Below are positions 49,716-57,617 of a stretch of DNA of 64,000 bases, piece by piece. Each line of letters opens with the position of its first letter. The stretch's first letter is position 1. The position numbers were made by a program, and so were the translations under genes. Location: assembly GCA_934434925.1 (NCBI GenBank), contig CAKSAC010000004.1:67388-131387 (forward strand). Direction: 5' to 3'. The DNA comes from an uncultured Eubacteriales bacterium. GTDB taxonomy: Bacteria > Bacillota > Clostridia > Oscillospirales > CAG-272. The notes below the pieces were generated by a model, which did not search any database, was not told where the DNA came from, and saw only the letters and a list, made by a program, of their open reading frames with translations.

Positions 49716-49961
49716 ATGAAAGTAACGGTTTGTATCGGTTCTTCCTGCCATATTAAAGGGTCGCGGCAGGTTGTGGAAGGGTTGCAGTATTACATCAACG
49801 AAGCGGGTCTTGGAGACAAAGTGGAACTCGGCGGAACCTTCTGTATGGGCAAATGTCAGCTCGGAGTCTGCGTGAATGTGGATGAAAAATTGTTTTCGGT
49901 CACGCCGGAAACCGTCAAAGAGTTTTTTGATAAAGAGATCAAAGCGAAGATACAGAAATGA
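49716..49961 (+). CDS. thioredoxin-like [2Fe-2S] ferredoxin (NuoE/HydC-type fold), copy 1
   Basis: 81 aa. Cys pattern C-x4-C (CIGSSC) ... C-x3-C (CMGKC). Confidence 0.75.
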   Translation: MKVTVCIGSSCHIKGSRQVVEGLQYYINEAGLGDKVELGGTFCMGKCQLGVCVNVDEKLFSVTPETVKEFFDKEIKAKIQK

Positions 49962-50242
49962 TATTCGTTGAAGTGTGCGTCGGCAGTTCCTGCCACCTGA
50001 AAGGAGCTCCCCGGATTGTGGAGTTGCTCCGGGAGAAAATCGAAAAAGAAAATTTGGACGGCGAAATTGTGCTGACCGGGGCTTTTTGCCGCGGTCGATG
50101 CAATCGCATCGGCGTGACCGTCTCGGTGGACGATGAAGTGTATACGGGTGTCACGCCCGAAGGGTTCGGCGATTTTTGGGAAAAAACGGTGTTGCCCGCC
50201 ATGGAGAAAGCAAAGGAGAAGGAAACGTGTCGGAATGTTTAA
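49958..50242 (+). CDS. thioredoxin-like [2Fe-2S] ferredoxin, copy 2
   Basis: 94 aa. CVGSSC ... CRGRC. ATGA overlap with copy 1. Confidence 0.75.
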   Translation: MIFVEVCVGSSCHLKGAPRIVELLREKIEKENLDGEIVLTGAFCRGRCNRIGVTVSVDDEVYTGVTPEGFGDFWEKTVLPAMEKAKEKETCRNV

Positions 50243-51903
50243 CGCTGAAAAAATCGAACTGCAAAAACTGCTATAAATGCATAAGACATTGCCCGGTGAA
50301 ATCGATTCGGTTCTCCGGGAACCAAGCGCATATCATCGGAAACGAATGTATCCTTTGCGGCCATTGCTTTGTGGTTTGTCCGCAAAACGCCAAGCAGATC
50401 GTGGACGAGACCGAAAAGGTGAAGGTCCTGATCCAGTCCGGCGCGCCCGTCTATGCAAGCGTTGCCCCCTCTTTTATTGCCAACTACCCCGGCGTGGGTA
50501 TCGGCGGCATGAAGAAGGCTCTTCAGAAACTCGGGTTTGCGAATGCGGAAGAAACCGCGCTGGGCGCAACGATCGTCAAAAAGGAGTATGAACGGATCCT
50601 TTCCGAAAAAACAAGGGATATTGTCATTTCTTCCTGCTGTCATTCGATCAATCTGCTGATTCAGAAATATTTTCCCTCCCTTCTCCCCTGCCTTGCCGAT
50701 GTCATGTCTCCCATGCAGGCACACTGCGCCGAAATCAAAAAGAAACACGCGGGAGCAAAAACCGTTTTCATCGGGCCGTGCGTTTCCAAAAAAGACGAGG
50801 CCCAGCATTACGAAGGGATTGTGGACGCGGTTCTGACCTTTGAAGAACTGACCGAATGGATGAAGGCGGAACATATTGTTTTGGAGCCGGATATGGACGC
50901 AACCGAAAAGAGCCTCGCCCGCTTCTTCCCGACGACCGGCGGGATTTTGAAGACCATGGAACAGAACGCGCCGGGTTATACGTATCTGGCCATTGACGGC
51001 GTTGAAAGCTGCATGGCCGCGCTGAAAGAAGCGGAACGCGGGAATATACACAAATGTTTTATTGAAATGTCCGCCTGTGTCGGCGGTTGCGTCGGCGGCC
51101 CCGTCATGGAAAAATATCATCGCTCGCCGGTAGGCGATTATCAATCCGTCGCAAATTACGCCGGAAAGAAAGATTTTGACATTGCACAGCCGGACCCGCT
51201 TGAAATCAGAAAACACTTTGAGCCGATCGAACGGAGAAACCGGATGCCGTCCGAAGAAGAAATCAGGGAAATCCTCGGGAAAATGGGGAAAAACCGACCG
51301 GAAGACGAATTGAACTGCGGCTCCTGCGGCTACAATACCTGCCGGGAAAAAGCCATCGCAATATACCACGGCAAAGCCGAGATTTCCATGTGTCTGCCGT
51401 ATCTGAAAGAAAAAGCCGAGAGCTTTTCCGACTGTATCGTGTCCAATACGCCGAACGGGCTGATCGTTGTCAATGACGCGCTGGAAGTACAGCAAATCAA
51501 TCCGGCGGCGCTCAGAATCCTGAATATCCGGCAGGCCTCGGACGTTCTCGGCGATCAGGTGGTGCGCATTCTCGACCCCAAGCCTTTTGCGGAGGTCTTA
51601 GAAAGCAAAAGAAGCATCCGCGACCACAGAACCTACCTTGCGGAATACAATCGGTATGTGGAAGAGACCGTAATCTATGACGCAACCTATCACATGCTCC
51701 TTTGCATTATGCGCGACGTCACCGAAGAGGAGACCGAGCGGGAAAAACGCATGAAACAGCACAACCAGACCGTGGAGACCGCCGACAAAGTGGTCGATAA
51801 GCAAATGCGTATCGTGCAGGAGATCGCTTCCCTGCTCGGAGAGACCGCCGCAGAAACCAAGATCGCCTTAACCAAACTGAAGGAGAGTTTTTCCGATGAA
51901 TGA
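50227..51903 (+). CDS. hydS: sensory-type [FeFe] hydrogenase-like protein with C-terminal Cys4 motif and PAS domain (HydS type)
   Basis: GTG 50227 after an AAGGAGAAGGA RBS. Two ferredoxin-type CxxCxxCxxxCP motifs. H-domain motifs SSCCHS / GPCVSKKDE / EMSACVGGCVGGP. Then C-x2-C-x4-C-x16-C (CGSCGYNTC..C) and a PAS-like segment. Confidence 0.85.
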   Translation: MSECLTLKKSNCKNCYKCIRHCPVKSIRFSGNQAHIIGNECILCGHCFVVCPQNAKQIVDETEKVKVLIQSGAPVYASVAPSFIANYPGVGIGGMKKALQKLGFANAEETALGATIVKKEYERILSEKTRDIVISSCCHSINLLIQKYFPSLLPCLADVMSPMQAHCAEIKKKHAGAKTVFIGPCVSKKDEAQHYEGIVDAVLTFEELTEWMKAEHIVLEPDMDATEKSLARFFPTTGGILKTMEQNAPGYTYLAIDGVESCMAALKEAERGNIHKCFIEMSACVGGCVGGPVMEKYHRSPVGDYQSVANYAGKKDFDIAQPDPLEIRKHFEPIERRNRMPSEEEIREILGKMGKNRPEDELNCGSCGYNTCREKAIAIYHGKAEISMCLPYLKEKAESFSDCIVSNTPNGLIVVNDALEVQQINPAALRILNIRQASDVLGDQVVRILDPKPFAEVLESKRSIRDHRTYLAEYNRYVEETVIYDATYHMLLCIMRDVTEEETEREKRMKQHNQTVETADKVVDKQMRIVQEIASLLGETAAETKIALTKLKESFSDE

Positions 51904-53068
51904 CCTTTGCGCCGATATCGGGTACAAAAGCATCAACCATGCCGGCGAACAGCTTTGCGGCGATCATGTGGACGTTGTGGAGCAGGAGGACGGGTCTTCG
52001 GTCGTTGTGCTGGCAGATGGTCTCGGGAGCGGGGTCAAAGCAAGCATCCTGTCAACCCTGACGAGCAAGATTATCTCTACGATGATTGCCGAGGGGCTTT
52101 CCTTGTCCGATTGCGTCGAGACCATCGCGCAGACTTTACCGATCTGCTCTGTGCGCGGGGTCGCCTATTCTACCTTCACCATCATGCGTCTGGTTGAAAA
52201 TCGGGAAATGGAGTTGATCCAGTACGATAATCCTCTGACCATCCTGCTCCGCAACGGGCAGAACTGCACTTACCCGAAAACCGAGATGAACATTGAAGGG
52301 AAAAAAATCTATCACTCGCTGATCAGATTGCAGGAAGGCGACACCTTTATCGCCATGAGCGACGGCTGTCCGCATGCGGGGATCGGGCTTGCTTATAATT
52401 TCGGTTGGAAACGCGAAGACATTATCGATTTCATGGTGGCGACGACAGCGGGCGGGTACGCCGCAAAAACCCTGGCAACCATTTTGCTTGAAGAAGTGGA
52501 TAAATTATACGGTCATCAGCCGGGGGATGATGCCACCGCCTGCGTCATAAAAATCCGTAAGCGCGTACCGATGAACATACTCTTCGGCCCTCCCCGGGAC
52601 AGGGATGACTGCAACCGCATGATGTCGCTCTTCTTTTCAAAAGAAGGGAAACATATCGTCTGCGGCGGAACGACTGCGTCGATTGCCGCAAAATACCTCG
52701 GCAAAAAAGTCGAGGCTGACATTTGTTTTGCCCGTTCGGACATTCCGCCGATTGCAAAGATCGAAGGGGTGGACCTCGTCACGGAAGGGGTCATTACCGT
52801 CAACCGGGTGGTGGAATACGCGCATGACGCACTCGGGGAAAACAAACTCTATGAAAAGTGGAGTTTCGGCCATGACGGAGCGTCCCTCATTTGCAGAATG
52901 CTGTTTGAAGAGGCGACAGATATCAATTTTTACGTCGGGCGCGCAGTCAATCCCGCCCATCAGAACCCGGAGCTGCCCATCAATTTCAATATCAAGATGA
53001 ACCTGGTGGAAGAGCTTTCCGGATGCCTGCGGCAGATGGGAAAACGTATCAAAGTCAGTTACTTCTGA
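51896..53068 (+). CDS. SpoIIE/PP2C-family protein phosphatase with ~190-aa C-terminal domain of unknown function
   Basis: HAGEQLCGDHV..VVVLADGLGSGVKAS..AMSDGCPHAG (PP2C metal-binding aspartates). 8-nt overlap with hydS. The C-terminal half is unrecognised. Confidence 0.8.
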   Translation: MNDLCADIGYKSINHAGEQLCGDHVDVVEQEDGSSVVVLADGLGSGVKASILSTLTSKIISTMIAEGLSLSDCVETIAQTLPICSVRGVAYSTFTIMRLVENREMELIQYDNPLTILLRNGQNCTYPKTEMNIEGKKIYHSLIRLQEGDTFIAMSDGCPHAGIGLAYNFGWKREDIIDFMVATTAGGYAAKTLATILLEEVDKLYGHQPGDDATACVIKIRKRVPMNILFGPPRDRDDCNRMMSLFFSKEGKHIVCGGTTASIAAKYLGKKVEADICFARSDIPPIAKIEGVDLVTEGVITVNRVVEYAHDALGENKLYEKWSFGHDGASLICRMLFEEATDINFYVGRAVNPAHQNPELPINFNIKMNLVEELSGCLRQMGKRIKVSYF

Positions 53069-53080
53069 AAGGAGTCTCCC

Positions 53081-54502
53081 GTGAGAAAATTCGATACGAA
53101 AGTGCAACATCTGAAATATAAGGTTTTGCGCGAAGTGGCAAGACAGGCGTGGGACGATACTTTGCAGGACAATCTGCTCGACATACCCAAGATTATCGTT
53201 CCCGGGAAGGTCCCCACCATGCGTTGCTGTGTGTACAAAGAACGCGCCATCCTTGCCGAGCGGGTGAAACTCGCCATGGGGGGGAACAAACAGAACCCGA
53301 ATGTCATTGAAGTGATTGACATTGCCTGCGATGAATGCCCCATGGGCGGATATGAAGTGACAAACGCCTGCCGGGGATGTCTCGCCCATCGTTGTGAAGA
53401 CGCATGCAAATTCGGCGCGATTACCTTTGATGAAAATCACGTTGCGCATATCGACAAGAGCAAATGCCGGGAATGCGGTGCCTGCTCCGGCGTATGCCCT
53501 TACAGCGCCATTCACAACTACAAACGCCCCTGCGAAACCGCCTGCAAAGTCAAGGCGATCACCATGGGGGAAGACAAGCAGGCGTGCATCGATAACAGCA
53601 AGTGCATTTCCTGCGGCGCTTGCGTATATGCCTGCCCCTTCGGCGCTATTAACGACAAGTCCTATATTCTGAATGTCATTGATATGCTGAAAGGAAGTCA
53701 CGGCAATCAGCATTATAAAATTTATGCCATCGTGGCTCCGTCGATTTCCAGCCAGTTCACTTACGCAAAACTCGGCCAGGTCATCACCGGACTGCGCAAG
53801 CTCGGCTTCCACACGGTCATTGAAGCGGCGCTCGGCGCCGATATGGTGGCGCAGGCCGAGGCGGCGGAACTCGCCGAAAAGGGTTTTCTCACCAGCTCGT
53901 GCTGCCCGGCGTTTGTCGATTACATTCAAAAGAATTTCCCGCAATTTTTACCCTATGTCTCGCATAATCTCTCTCCCATGGCGACTATCGCAAAATACGT
54001 GAAAGAACATGAAAAGAACTGTAAAACCGTCTTTATCGGCCCCTGTACCGCCAAAAAAGCCGAAGTGCAGAAAGAGCGCGTCCGTCCTTATGTTGACGCT
54101 GTCCTGACCTTTGAAGAATTGCAGGCGCTGTTTGACAGCCGGGAAATCGATATCACGTCGCTCAACGAGGATGTTCTGGACAACGCCTCGTATTTCGGCA
54201 GAATCTTTGCGCGCTCCGGCGGTCTTTCGGATGCCGTTGCCGAAGCGATAAAAGAGCAAGACCTTTCTTTTGTTCTCTCCCCCTGCGTCTGTGACGGCAT
54301 TGAACAATGCAAGGTGGCGCTTTTGCAAAAGAAGGCGGGAAAACTGCAGGCGAACTTTATAGAAGGCATGGCCTGCGTCGGCGGCTGTATCGGCGGCGCG
54401 GGGTGCCTCACGCATGGTGAAAAAAACAAGGCGGAAGTGGATAAATACGGAAAAGAGGCGCTGGAAAAAACCATACGGGATGCCATTGCTGTATTGAAAT
54501 AA
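53081..54502 (+). CDS. hydA: [FeFe] hydrogenase, catalytic type (monomeric, ferredoxin-domain N-terminus; HydA2-like)
   Basis: GTG start after an AAAGGAG RBS. Several 4Fe-4S motifs (CRECGACSGVCP, CISCGACVYACP). Canonical H-cluster motifs TSSCCPAF / GPCTAKKAE / EGMACVGGCIGG. Confidence 0.88.
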   Translation: MRKFDTKVQHLKYKVLREVARQAWDDTLQDNLLDIPKIIVPGKVPTMRCCVYKERAILAERVKLAMGGNKQNPNVIEVIDIACDECPMGGYEVTNACRGCLAHRCEDACKFGAITFDENHVAHIDKSKCRECGACSGVCPYSAIHNYKRPCETACKVKAITMGEDKQACIDNSKCISCGACVYACPFGAINDKSYILNVIDMLKGSHGNQHYKIYAIVAPSISSQFTYAKLGQVITGLRKLGFHTVIEAALGADMVAQAEAAELAEKGFLTSSCCPAFVDYIQKNFPQFLPYVSHNLSPMATIAKYVKEHEKNCKTVFIGPCTAKKAEVQKERVRPYVDAVLTFEELQALFDSREIDITSLNEDVLDNASYFGRIFARSGGLSDAVAEAIKEQDLSFVLSPCVCDGIEQCKVALLQKKAGKLQANFIEGMACVGGCIGGAGCLTHGEKNKAEVDKYGKEALEKTIRDAIAVLK

Positions 54503-54506
54503 CGCT

Positions 54507-54614
54507 CCCGAAAACATGCCGTTTTCCGAAAGTATGCCGTTTCCCGAAGGTATGCCGTTTCCCGAAAGTATGCCGTTCCCCGAAGGTATGCCGTTTCCTG
54601 AAAGTATGCCGTTT
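54507..54614. repeat. 18-bp tandem repeat x6 immediately after hydA
   Basis: Units cccgaaaacatgccgttt / tccgaaagtatgccgttt / cccgaaggtatgccgttt / cccgaaagtatgccgttc / cccgaaggtatgccgttt / cctgaaagtatgccgttt. The array starts 5 nt after the stop. Confidence 0.92.
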
Positions 54615-54661
54615 CCTGCCGTCCGGCGACGCGGGAGCAGCCTGTTCTTTCATCACAAAAG

Positions 54662-54697
54662 CACGGAGTCTGTACAGATTCCGTGTTTTTATTTTTT
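54662..54697 (+). terminator. rho-independent terminator closing the rex-hydA block
   Basis: CACGGAGTCTG-ta-CAGATTCCGTG followed by TTTTTATTTTTT. Confidence 0.8.
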
Positions 54698-54890
54698 GCA
54701 GCGTCGTCTCTTTTTCAAACCGCCGTCGGAGACGTTTTTTTGTCGGAAAAGGACGGAAAATCATAGACTGAAAATGACCGGTTTTTTGGCGGAGAGTGAC
54801 TGAAACCGGCCTTCCCCGTCCAAAATAAGTAAAAGGCTATCCGGGATTAAAACTTATACGCTGAAAGGAAATCCGTTTCGGAAAACGAAC

Positions 54891-55310
54891 ATGAATGTGA
54901 AACGCGGAGACATTTATTATGCCGACCTCAGCCCCGTCGTCGGCAGTGAACAAGGCGGGTTGCGCCCCGTCCTCATCATCCAGAACGATATCGGCAACCG
55001 GTACAGTCCGACCGTGATTGCCGCGGCCATCACCAGCCGGATGGGAAAAAACAAATTACCGACGCATATCGAAGTCTACGCCGGAAAGGTCGGCCTTTCG
55101 CGCGACTCGGTCATCCTGCTTGAACAGATCCGGACGCTGGATAAACGCCGCCTCCGGGAAAAAATGGGGCATCTTGACGAAGAAGTCATGACCCGCGTCA
55201 ACAGCGCCATCTCTGTCAGTTTCGGACTTACGATGCCGGCCGTTGCCGCAGATACATCTCCAAAACCTTTCGGAGCCGAGGCACCGGACGGACTCACCGA
55301 AGTTTTTTAA
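54891..55310 (+). CDS. mazF: MazF/PemK (EndoA-type) endoribonuclease toxin with C-terminal extension; no adjacent antitoxin
   Basis: [46 protein letters not shown]...[20 protein letters not shown] is almost colinear with B. subtilis EndoA as I recall it. About 24 extra C-terminal residues. Confidence 0.88.
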   Translation: MNVKRGDIYYADLSPVVGSEQGGLRPVLIIQNDIGNRYSPTVIAAAITSRMGKNKLPTHIEVYAGKVGLSRDSVILLEQIRTLDKRRLREKMGHLDEEVMTRVNSAISVSFGLTMPAVAADTSPKPFGAEAPDGLTEVF

Positions 55311-55337
55311 AAAAATCGTCTCTTTCCGACACAATAT

Positions 55338-55366
55338 CTTGATTTTGAGAAGATTCTGTGCTACAA
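55338..55366 (+). promoter_or_regulatory. sigma-70 promoter TTGATT-17-TACAAT (TG-extended) for fba
   Basis: -35 at 55338-55343, TGc at 55358-55360, -10 at 55361-55366. Confidence 0.65.
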
Positions 55367-55406
55367 TAAGCAGGAACGAAATTCTGAAAATCAAGGAGAA
55401 TGAAAA

Positions 55407-56336
55407 ATGGCACTGGTAACCACTACCGAAATGTTCAAAAAGGCCTACGCGGGCGGATACGCCATCGGAGCCTTCAACATCAACAATATGGAGATCATCC
55501 AGGCGATCACCGAAGCGGCAGAGGAAGAAAAATCCCCTGTGATTCTGCAGGTTTCCGCCGGAGCGCGCAAGTATGCAAAGCATACCTACCTTATGGCGCT
55601 CGCCAAGGCCGCAATCGAAGATACCGGAATCGATCTTGCCCTTCACCTCGACCACGGCGACAGTTTTGAACTCTGTAAATCCTGCATTGACGGCGGTTTT
55701 ACCTCGGTGATGATCGACGGGTCAAAATACGGTTTTGAAGAGAATATCGCCCTGACCCGCAAAGTCGTTGAATACGCCCACGAACGCGGCGTTGTCGTAG
55801 AAGCCGAACTCGGGAAACTGGCCGGCGTGGAAGACGATGTCAATGTCTCTGATGAAGACGCAATGTACACAAACCCGGACGAAGTCGAAGAGTTTGTTTC
55901 CAAAACCGGCGTTGACTCGCTGGCCATCGCCATCGGCACCAGTCACGGCGCTTACAAATTCAAAGGCGAACCCCGCCTGCGCTTTGATATTCTGGAAGAA
56001 GTCGGCCGTCGTCTGCCCGGATTCCCGATTGTTCTGCACGGCGCTTCCTCGGTTATTCCCGCGCTGGTCGAAGAAATCAATGCCTGCGGCGGCGCTATGG
56101 ACGGTGCCCGCGGTGTGCCGGAAGAAATGCTCCGCCAGGCGGCCAGACTTGCCGTCTGCAAAATCAATATCGACTCGGATATCCGCCTTGCCATGACGGC
56201 CGGTATCCGCCGGGTGCTGACTCAGGACCCCTCCGCCTTCGATCCCCGCAAATACCTTTCGGTCGGACGCGACGAAGTCAAAAAAATGGTCAAACACAAG
56301 ATTCATGCGGTTCTCGGCTCTGCCGGTACCCTGTGA
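55407..56336 (+). CDS. fba: class II fructose-1,6-bisphosphate aldolase
   Basis: 309 aa. GAFNINNME, LHLDHG, IGTSHGAYKF, LVLHGASS. Confidence 0.93.
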   Translation: MALVTTTEMFKKAYAGGYAIGAFNINNMEIIQAITEAAEEEKSPVILQVSAGARKYAKHTYLMALAKAAIEDTGIDLALHLDHGDSFELCKSCIDGGFTSVMIDGSKYGFEENIALTRKVVEYAHERGVVVEAELGKLAGVEDDVNVSDEDAMYTNPDEVEEFVSKTGVDSLAIAIGTSHGAYKFKGEPRLRFDILEEVGRRLPGFPIVLHGASSVIPALVEEINACGGAMDGARGVPEEMLRQAARLAVCKINIDSDIRLAMTAGIRRVLTQDPSAFDPRKYLSVGRDEVKKMVKHKIHAVLGSAGTL

Positions 56337-56353
56337 AATCCGCCTGAACGCTC

Positions 56354-56381
56354 GGCCGCTCTTTCGGGAGCGGCCTTTTTT
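56354..56381 (+). terminator. rho-independent terminator after fba
   Basis: GGCCGCTC-tttcgg-GAGCGGCC followed by TTTTTT. Confidence 0.8.
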
Positions 56382-56386
56382 ATTCC

Positions 56387-56530
56387 GCCGGTGGTTTTTT
56401 CCCGATGTGTTTGCTTTTTGCCGGTGGTTTTTCAGATGTGTTTGCTTTTTGCCGGTGGTTTTTCAGATGTGTTTGCTTTTCTCCGGCGGTTTTTCTTTTT
56501 CCGGATATTTTTCCTTTTCGCCGGTTGCGG
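56387..56530. repeat. 31-33-bp tandem repeat x3 plus degenerate tail
   Basis: gccggtggtttttcagatgtgtttgcttttt at 56420-56450 and 56451-56480, a variant copy at 56387-56419, then a decaying ccggcggtttttc / ccggatatttttcc tail. Confidence 0.88.
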
Positions 56531-56597
56531 GTCTAAAAAGCGCCCACTCTTTCATAGATATATACAACATGAACAAGAAAAAAGAAAGAGGTGTCAT

Positions 56598-57563
56598 ATG
56601 AATAAATACACGCCGGAGGGTACCCGCATCGTCACCCCCGAAAACCGCGAAGCGCTCTCGTCTCTGCGCGCCTTGGAACGCACCATGGAAGAAGGCCGGA
56701 TTGCCGAATCGATTGCCCTTTTGTGCGACGAAGAATTCTCTCTGCATTTTGACCTGTACGGAATCCCTGCCGTTATGCCGCGGCAAGAAGCACAGTTGAC
56801 CGAACCGGGCGAATCCGTCAAGGATATTGCCATTCTGACGCGCGTCGGGAAGCCGGTCTGCTTTCGGATCATCGGTTTTTCGCGTCGGGCAGACGGCCGG
56901 ACAGAGGCCATTCTTTCCCGCCGGGCGGCGCAGGCGGAATGCCGCGCACGTTTTGTTTCTGCCCTGCTCCCGGGCGACGTGATTCCCGCGCGCGTCACAC
57001 ACCTTGAAAATTTCGGCGCATTCGTGGATATCGGATGCGGGATCGTCTCGCTTCTCTCCATCGACTGTATTTCCGTCTCGCGTATCTCGCACCCGGCTGA
57101 CAGGTTTGCGGTCGGAGACAGCATTTACGCCGTCATCCGGCGGATTGATGATGCGGGGCGCATTTATGTTACGCACCGGGAACTGCTCGGAACATGGGAG
57201 GAAAACGCCGTGCGCTTTTCGGCCGGGCAGACGGTGGCGGGCGTTGTGCGGAGCGTGGAAAGTTACGGCATTTTCATTGAACTTCTCCCGAATCTGGCCG
57301 GGCTGGCCGAGCCGAAAGAAGGCGTATTGCCCGGCGATACCGCCGCTGTATATATCAAGAGTATTCTGCCGGAAAAAATGAAAATCAAGCTGATTGTAAT
57401 CGATTCGCACGCCGCGCCGCAGAACCGTGACTTTGAGTACTTCTTTTGCCCGGACGAAATCCGGCATATTTCCCGCTGGGTCTATTCTCCCGCCGGCTCC
57501 GCCAAAACAATCGAAACGGTTTTTGACGGAACAAACGATGAAAAAAACGAGGCAGGCTCTTGA
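56598..57563 (+). CDS. S1 RNA-binding domain protein
   Basis: Start at MNKYTPEG (AAGAGG RBS), inside the longer track ORF that reads through the repeat. Two S1-like segments GDVIPARVTHLENFGAFVDIG and GQTVAGVVRSVESYGIFIEL. Confidence 0.75.
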   Translation: MNKYTPEGTRIVTPENREALSSLRALERTMEEGRIAESIALLCDEEFSLHFDLYGIPAVMPRQEAQLTEPGESVKDIAILTRVGKPVCFRIIGFSRRADGRTEAILSRRAAQAECRARFVSALLPGDVIPARVTHLENFGAFVDIGCGIVSLLSIDCISVSRISHPADRFAVGDSIYAVIRRIDDAGRIYVTHRELLGTWEENAVRFSAGQTVAGVVRSVESYGIFIELLPNLAGLAEPKEGVLPGDTAAVYIKSILPEKMKIKLIVIDSHAAPQNRDFEYFFCPDEIRHISRWVYSPAGSAKTIETVFDGTNDEKNEAGS

Positions 57564-57617
57564 TTTTTCGTCTCTTTTGCGCTACAATGAAAAAAACACA
57601 TTGAAAGAGGCGATTGT

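Noticed and set aside
54507-54614. Possible CRISPR arrays at this and the other tandem repeats (43001, 44325, 56387, 62838).
   Set aside because: Units are contiguous or separated by only a few nt with no unique spacers, have 2-6 copies, and no cas genes are in the window.
54516-54803. ORF encoding MPFSESMPFPEGMPFPES..., and the minus-strand ORF 54408..54764 encoding GKRHTF repeats.
   Set aside because: Both are translations of the 18-bp tandem array. There is no RBS, and the ORFs run through the hydA terminator hairpin.
54700-54890. A mazE antitoxin gene upstream of mazF.
   Set aside because: All frames are closed by stops, and the longest start-to-stop stretch is 9 codons (ATGACCGGT...TGA at 54774).
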